From: Gammaproteobacteria bacterium
GTDB taxonomy: Bacteria; Pseudomonadota; Gammaproteobacteria; Steroidobacterales; Steroidobacteraceae
NCBI GenBank assembly: GCA_025355645.1
Contig: JANXZG010000048.1
Coordinates: 1,989-65,988, forward strand
Direction: 5' to 3'
Length of the DNA stretch: 64,000 bases
Below, in pieces: positions 60,624 to 64,000 of this stretch. Position 1 is the first letter of the stretch. Every line of letters begins with the position of its first letter. The position numbers and the translations under genes were made by a program. The notes under the pieces were generated by a model. That model was not told the DNA's origin. It worked only from the letters and a program-made list of their open reading frames with translations, and made no database searches.

Positions 60624-60947
60624 TCAGGCAGCGACGGCGCCCGCGTCGGCAAGCAATTGCTTCAGCTCGCCGCTGCGATACATCTCAAGCGCGATATCAC
60701 AGCCGCCAACCAGCTCGCCGTTGACATAGAGCTGTGGAAAAGTCGGCCAGTTCGAGTAAGTCTTCAGTGCATCGCGCACTTCCGGATCCTCGAAGATGTT
60801 GAAATGTGCAAACTTCGCCTGGCAGGCGCGCAAAGCGCCTACCGTCTGTGCCGAAAATCCGCACTGCGGGAAATCCGGCGTCCCCTTCATGTAGAGCACC
60901 ACGGGCGCCGAGGCCAACTGGGTCTTGATTCGATCTATTGTAGTCAT
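60624..60947 (-). CDS. grxD: Monothiol glutaredoxin (Grx4 family)
   Basis: MTTIDRIKTQLASAPVVLYMKGTPDFPQCGFS with a CGFS active site. Confidence 0.93.
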   Translation of the reverse strand: MTTIDRIKTQLASAPVVLYMKGTPDFPQCGFSAQTVGALRACQAKFAHFNIFEDPEVRDALKTYSNWPTFPQLYVNGELVGGCDIALEMYRSGELKQLLADAGAVAA

Positions 60948-60948
60948 G

Positions 60949-61158
60949 TCACACATCTCCAGGTAATTTTACGGCCTTCGCGAGGCTCCGTTGCCGCGAG
61001 CGCGCGGCAAGCGATGCGATAATCAGCCGTTGCTCGGCCGCCGACAGGCGCGACCATGCCGTGATCTCGAGAATCGTACGATAGCAGCCAGTGCAATAGC
61101 CGTCATGGTCCAATACGCAGACTTTGATGCACGGGGACGGGGGTATAGGGTCTGGCAT
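60949..61158 (-). CDS. DUF1289-like small Cys-rich protein
   Basis: SPCIKVCVLDHDGYCTGCYRT pattern. 69 aa. Confidence 0.65.
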   Translation of the reverse strand: MPDPIPPSPCIKVCVLDHDGYCTGCYRTILEITAWSRLSAAEQRLIIASLAARSRQRSLAKAVKLPGDV

Positions 61159-61235
61159 CGTTGAATTATGGGGGCGAGTCCCCTATTCTTACAGGTTATC
61201 GCTGCGCTGCAACCAACTCGCTGGGGGGAACCGTT

Positions 61236-61847
61236 ATGAATCTCCTGATGACCATCAAATGGCCCATTATCATCGGTTTTATCGTTGCCCTGCTGATCGC
61301 GCTGATCCTCGGAGCCCCAGGGCATCATTTGCACCAGTTGGTACTGGCACGCTGGCTGCACATCCTGTCAGGCGTTACCTGGATCGGTCTGCTTTATTAT
61401 TTCAATGTGGTGCAAACGCCGGCGCTCGCCGCGGCCACCGCTGACAAGGGCGGCCCGGGCGGGGCAGGCATCACGAAATATGTCGCGCCGCGCGCCCTGA
61501 TGTGGTTTCGCTGGGGAGCGGTAGCGACCTTCCTGACCGGTTGCTGGCTGCTGTCATCGCTGCCGGGCCGCCTCCTCGAAACGTTCACGTTCGGCCTCGC
61601 GTCCGGCAATTCGAGTCCCATGACGGTCGTCATGGGCATTGGTGCCTGGCTTGGCACGATTATTCTGTTCAACGTCTGGGTGTTCATCTGGCCTAATCAG
61701 AAAAAAATCCTGGGGCTGGTGCCGGCGACGGATGAGCAGAAAGCCGCCGCGCGCAAGGTGGCGGGATACGCCTCCCGCGTGAATTTCCTGCTATCGATCC
61801 CGATGCTGATGTGCATGGTGGGCCCCTCGCACGGACTCCTGTTCTGA
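61236..61847 (+). CDS. Conserved integral membrane protein, function unknown
   Basis: Trimmed to MNLLMTIKWPIIIGF, preceded by GGGGGAA. About 5 TM segments. Confidence 0.6.
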   Translation: MNLLMTIKWPIIIGFIVALLIALILGAPGHHLHQLVLARWLHILSGVTWIGLLYYFNVVQTPALAAATADKGGPGGAGITKYVAPRALMWFRWGAVATFLTGCWLLSSLPGRLLETFTFGLASGNSSPMTVVMGIGAWLGTIILFNVWVFIWPNQKKILGLVPATDEQKAAARKVAGYASRVNFLLSIPMLMCMVGPSHGLLF

Positions 61848-62686
61848 AAACAGCGCCTCCCGCCGACCTGCCGCTGCAGGTCGAGCGGGCGCTTGCGGAG
61901 GACATTGGCGCGGGCGATGTGACCGCCGCGCTGATACCAGGCGACAGGCAGGGCCTCGCCTCGGTCATCACGCGCGAGCGCTCGGTGTTCTGCGGCCGCC
62001 CCTACGTCGATGCGGTATTCATGCAGCTCGATCGTGCGGTCCGCATTGACTGGTTCATCGCTGAAGGCGCCTGGGCCGAACCGAACCACACGCTGTTTAC
62101 GGTTTCAGGTGCCGCGCGCGCATTGCTCATGGGAGAGCGCACCGCGCTCAACTTCGTGCAGCTGCTCTCGGCTACCGCGACCATTGCACGCCGCTACGCG
62201 AACCTTGTCCAGGGGACCGGCTGCACAGTCCTTGACACCCGCAAGACGATCCCGGGACTGCGCACGGCGCAAAAGTACGCGGTACGCGTCGGCGGGGCTT
62301 CGAATCATCGGGTCGGCCTGTACGATGGCATCCTGATAAAGGAAAATCACATCGCCGCGGCAGGCTCGATCGCCGCGGCGGTCTCCAGCGCCCGGCGGCT
62401 GCAGCCTAGTATGCCGGTCGAGGTGGAAGTCGAGGATCTGGCGGAATTGCAGGAAGCCATTGATGCCCGCGCGGACATTGCACTGCTTGATAATTTTTCG
62501 CTTTCCCTGATGAAGGAAGGCGTCGCCTCCAACCGCAGCTCTGGCCATCCGATCAAGCTCGAGGCCTCGGGCGGCGTCTCCGAAGAGTCAATCCGCGAGA
62601 TCGCGATGACCGGGGTCGATTTCGTCTCGGTCGGCGCCATCACCAAGCATGTGCGGGCGATCGATCTGTCGATGCGCTTCGGATAG
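61811..62686 (+). CDS. nadC: Nicotinate-nucleotide diphosphorylase (carboxylating)
   Basis: ALAEDIGAGDVTA, ERTALNFVQ, DTRKT.PGLR and IKENHI motifs. The GTG start at 61811 is uncertain (37-nt overlap with the preceding gene). Confidence 0.88.
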   Translation: MHGGPLARTPVLKTAPPADLPLQVERALAEDIGAGDVTAALIPGDRQGLASVITRERSVFCGRPYVDAVFMQLDRAVRIDWFIAEGAWAEPNHTLFTVSGAARALLMGERTALNFVQLLSATATIARRYANLVQGTGCTVLDTRKTIPGLRTAQKYAVRVGGASNHRVGLYDGILIKENHIAAAGSIAAAVSSARRLQPSMPVEVEVEDLAELQEAIDARADIALLDNFSLSLMKEGVASNRSSGHPIKLEASGGVSEESIREIAMTGVDFVSVGAITKHVRAIDLSMRFG

Positions 62687-62836
62687 GCGATCTCGGCACG
62701 GTCCGTCGAGGGTCTACCCCAAGGTAACCACCACACCAGTGAAGGTCGCGCTGCCGCTGCGGAGCTAAGGGATCGGCAGATGGCTTGCCGTGTATCTACC
62801 AGCCCCGCGGGCCGCAGGCGGCTGATCCAGGCGAGC

Positions 62837-64000
62837 CTAGAGTCCGCTGACCGCCTTCAGGATGCGCTGCGGCTGGGATACGCCGTAGCCCTGCGCATAG
62901 TCGACGCCGATCGTGCGCAGCATGTTGATAATATCGGTGCTCTCGGCAAACTCCGCGATCGTCTGCTTGCCGGTCAGGTGCCCGATCTCATTGATCGAAC
63001 GGACCATTTCCCGATCGATCGGGTCGTGCAAAATGCCCTTAACGAACGACCCGTCGATCTTCAGGAAATCCACCGGAAAATGCTTCAGGTAACCGAACGA
63101 GGATAGGCCCGAACCGAAGTCATCGAGCGCGAACTTGCAGCCCTGCTCCTTCAGCGCCTGGATGAAGCGGTTGGCCTGCGAGAAGCTCGCGATCGCCGCG
63201 GTCTCCGTGATCTCAAAGCAGATCTTGGTAGCATCGAGGCCGCTTCGATCGAGTTGGTCGATCACGTAAGGCAGGAACTTGTCATCCCCGAGGGATAGGC
63301 CCGACAGGTTGATCGAACACAGCGCGAGCTTTTCGCGCTCATCGGCATCCGACACCAGCCAGCGGAACGCATTCTCGACCACCCACCGGTCGATGTTTGG
63401 CGTGATGCCGTAATGCTCAGCGGCGGTCATGAACTGGTCCGGCGTGACGATCTTGCCCGACTCATCACGCATGCGCAGCAGCAGTTCGTAATGCGCGCCG
63501 GTCTCGGTCTGGCGAAGCGGCAGGATCGACTGGCGGAACAGCTCAAACCGGTTCTCCTCCAGCGCGGTATTGATGCGTGCGGCCCACTGCATTTCGCGCC
63601 GACGGCGCATCAGGTCAATATCATTTTCCTCGAAGCTATGCACGCGGTTGCGGCCCGCCTGCTTCGCCGCCTGGCAGGCACTGTCCGCCGCACTGAGGAC
63701 CGAGGCGACATCCGCATTGTCCGCCGAGATTGGCACGACGCCGATGCTGGCCCCCAGGCGGAACGTGCGTTCTTCCCAAGTGAACTTGAAGTTGCCGACC
63801 GCCTCGCGCAGTGTCTCCGCCGTGCGCAGCGCCTCATCGAGCGTGCAGCTCTCCAGTAGGATCGCGAATTCATCGCCGCCCAGGCGCGCCAGCGTGTCGC
63901 GCCAGCGAACCTTTGATTTCAGCAGGGCGCCCACCTGCCCCAGCAGCGCGTCCCCGGCGCTATGGCCGCAGGTATCGTTGACGATCTTGAACTGGTCGAG
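62837..64000 (-). CDS. GGDEF-EAL domain protein, partial (5' end outside the window)
   Basis: The frame stays open to position 64000 (..LDQFKIVNDTCGHSAGDALLGQVGALL..). RLGGDEFAILL, then EAL-type motifs (ELFRQSILPL, LDDFGSGLSSF, LKIDGSFV). Confidence 0.88.
   Translation of the reverse strand, partial: LDQFKIVNDTCGHSAGDALLGQVGALLKSKVRWRDTLARLGGDEFAILLESCTLDEALRTAETLREAVGNFKFTWEERTFRLGASIGVVPISADNADVASVLSAADSACQAAKQAGRNRVHSFEENDIDLMRRRREMQWAARINTALEENRFELFRQSILPLRQTETGAHYELLLRMRDESGKIVTPDQFMTAAEHYGITPNIDRWVVENAFRWLVSDADEREKLALCSINLSGLSLGDDKFLPYVIDQLDRSGLDATKICFEITETAAIASFSQANRFIQALKEQGCKFALDDFGSGLSSFGYLKHFPVDFLKIDGSFVKGILHDPIDREMVRSINEIGHLTGKQTIAEFAESTDIINMLRTIGVDYAQGYGVSQPQRILKAVSGL

Overview
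This is a 64-kb, high-GC, gene-dense chromosomal segment (about 63 CDS, very short or overlapping intergenic regions). Gene order is typical of Gamma/Betaproteobacteria: lptG-lptF / pepA-holC-valS, hda-DUF2066 / purM-purN-DUF3108, dcd-apbC / metG, aceE-aceF-lpd, pyrC-rnt / grxD. I found no rRNA, tRNA, CRISPR array, IS element or prophage gene. Content from left to right: (1) a partial MFS transporter; (2) a roughly 10-kb polysaccharide/LPS-type cluster at 1249-11043, with CDP-glucose genes rfbF and rfbG, a C-methyltransferase, an RmlC-like epimerase, an SDR reductase, two glycosyltransferases, an AsnB-like amidotransferase and an unknown protein; (3) a repeat-containing unknown protein followed by a GldA/F/G-like ABC operon with DUF4340 and RDD genes; (4) housekeeping blocks, including valS overlapping into a MoxR-DUF58-TgpA module; (5) prfC-rimI-udg-pssA / proS; (6) purine genes; (7) dcd, apbC, a three-gene kinase + 2x PilT-like block, and metG; (8) nth, a PDH complex, a second M17 peptidase, pyrC, rnt, grxD, nadC and a partial GGDEF-EAL protein. 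The strongest finding is that dcd (dCTP deaminase) carries an in-frame 200-aa intein (39797-40396). It sits exactly in the conserved [10 protein letters not shown] active-site loop and has unusual catalytic-block residues. The second finding is a HEAT-repeat Hanks kinase plus two PilT-family ATPases lying between apbC and metG, which are normally divergent neighbours. The block is bordered on both sides by the identical decamer TGGCATAATT. Further observations are a holC (chi) gene reduced to 35 codons, a CDP-linked branched-sugar pathway, a 44-bp divergent pssA/proS spacer with -10-like boxes placed for leaderless transcripts, and a lower-GC orphan gene. All calls come from reading the translations and recognising motifs from memory. 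No database search was run. DUF numbers and synteny statements are recalled and should be verified.
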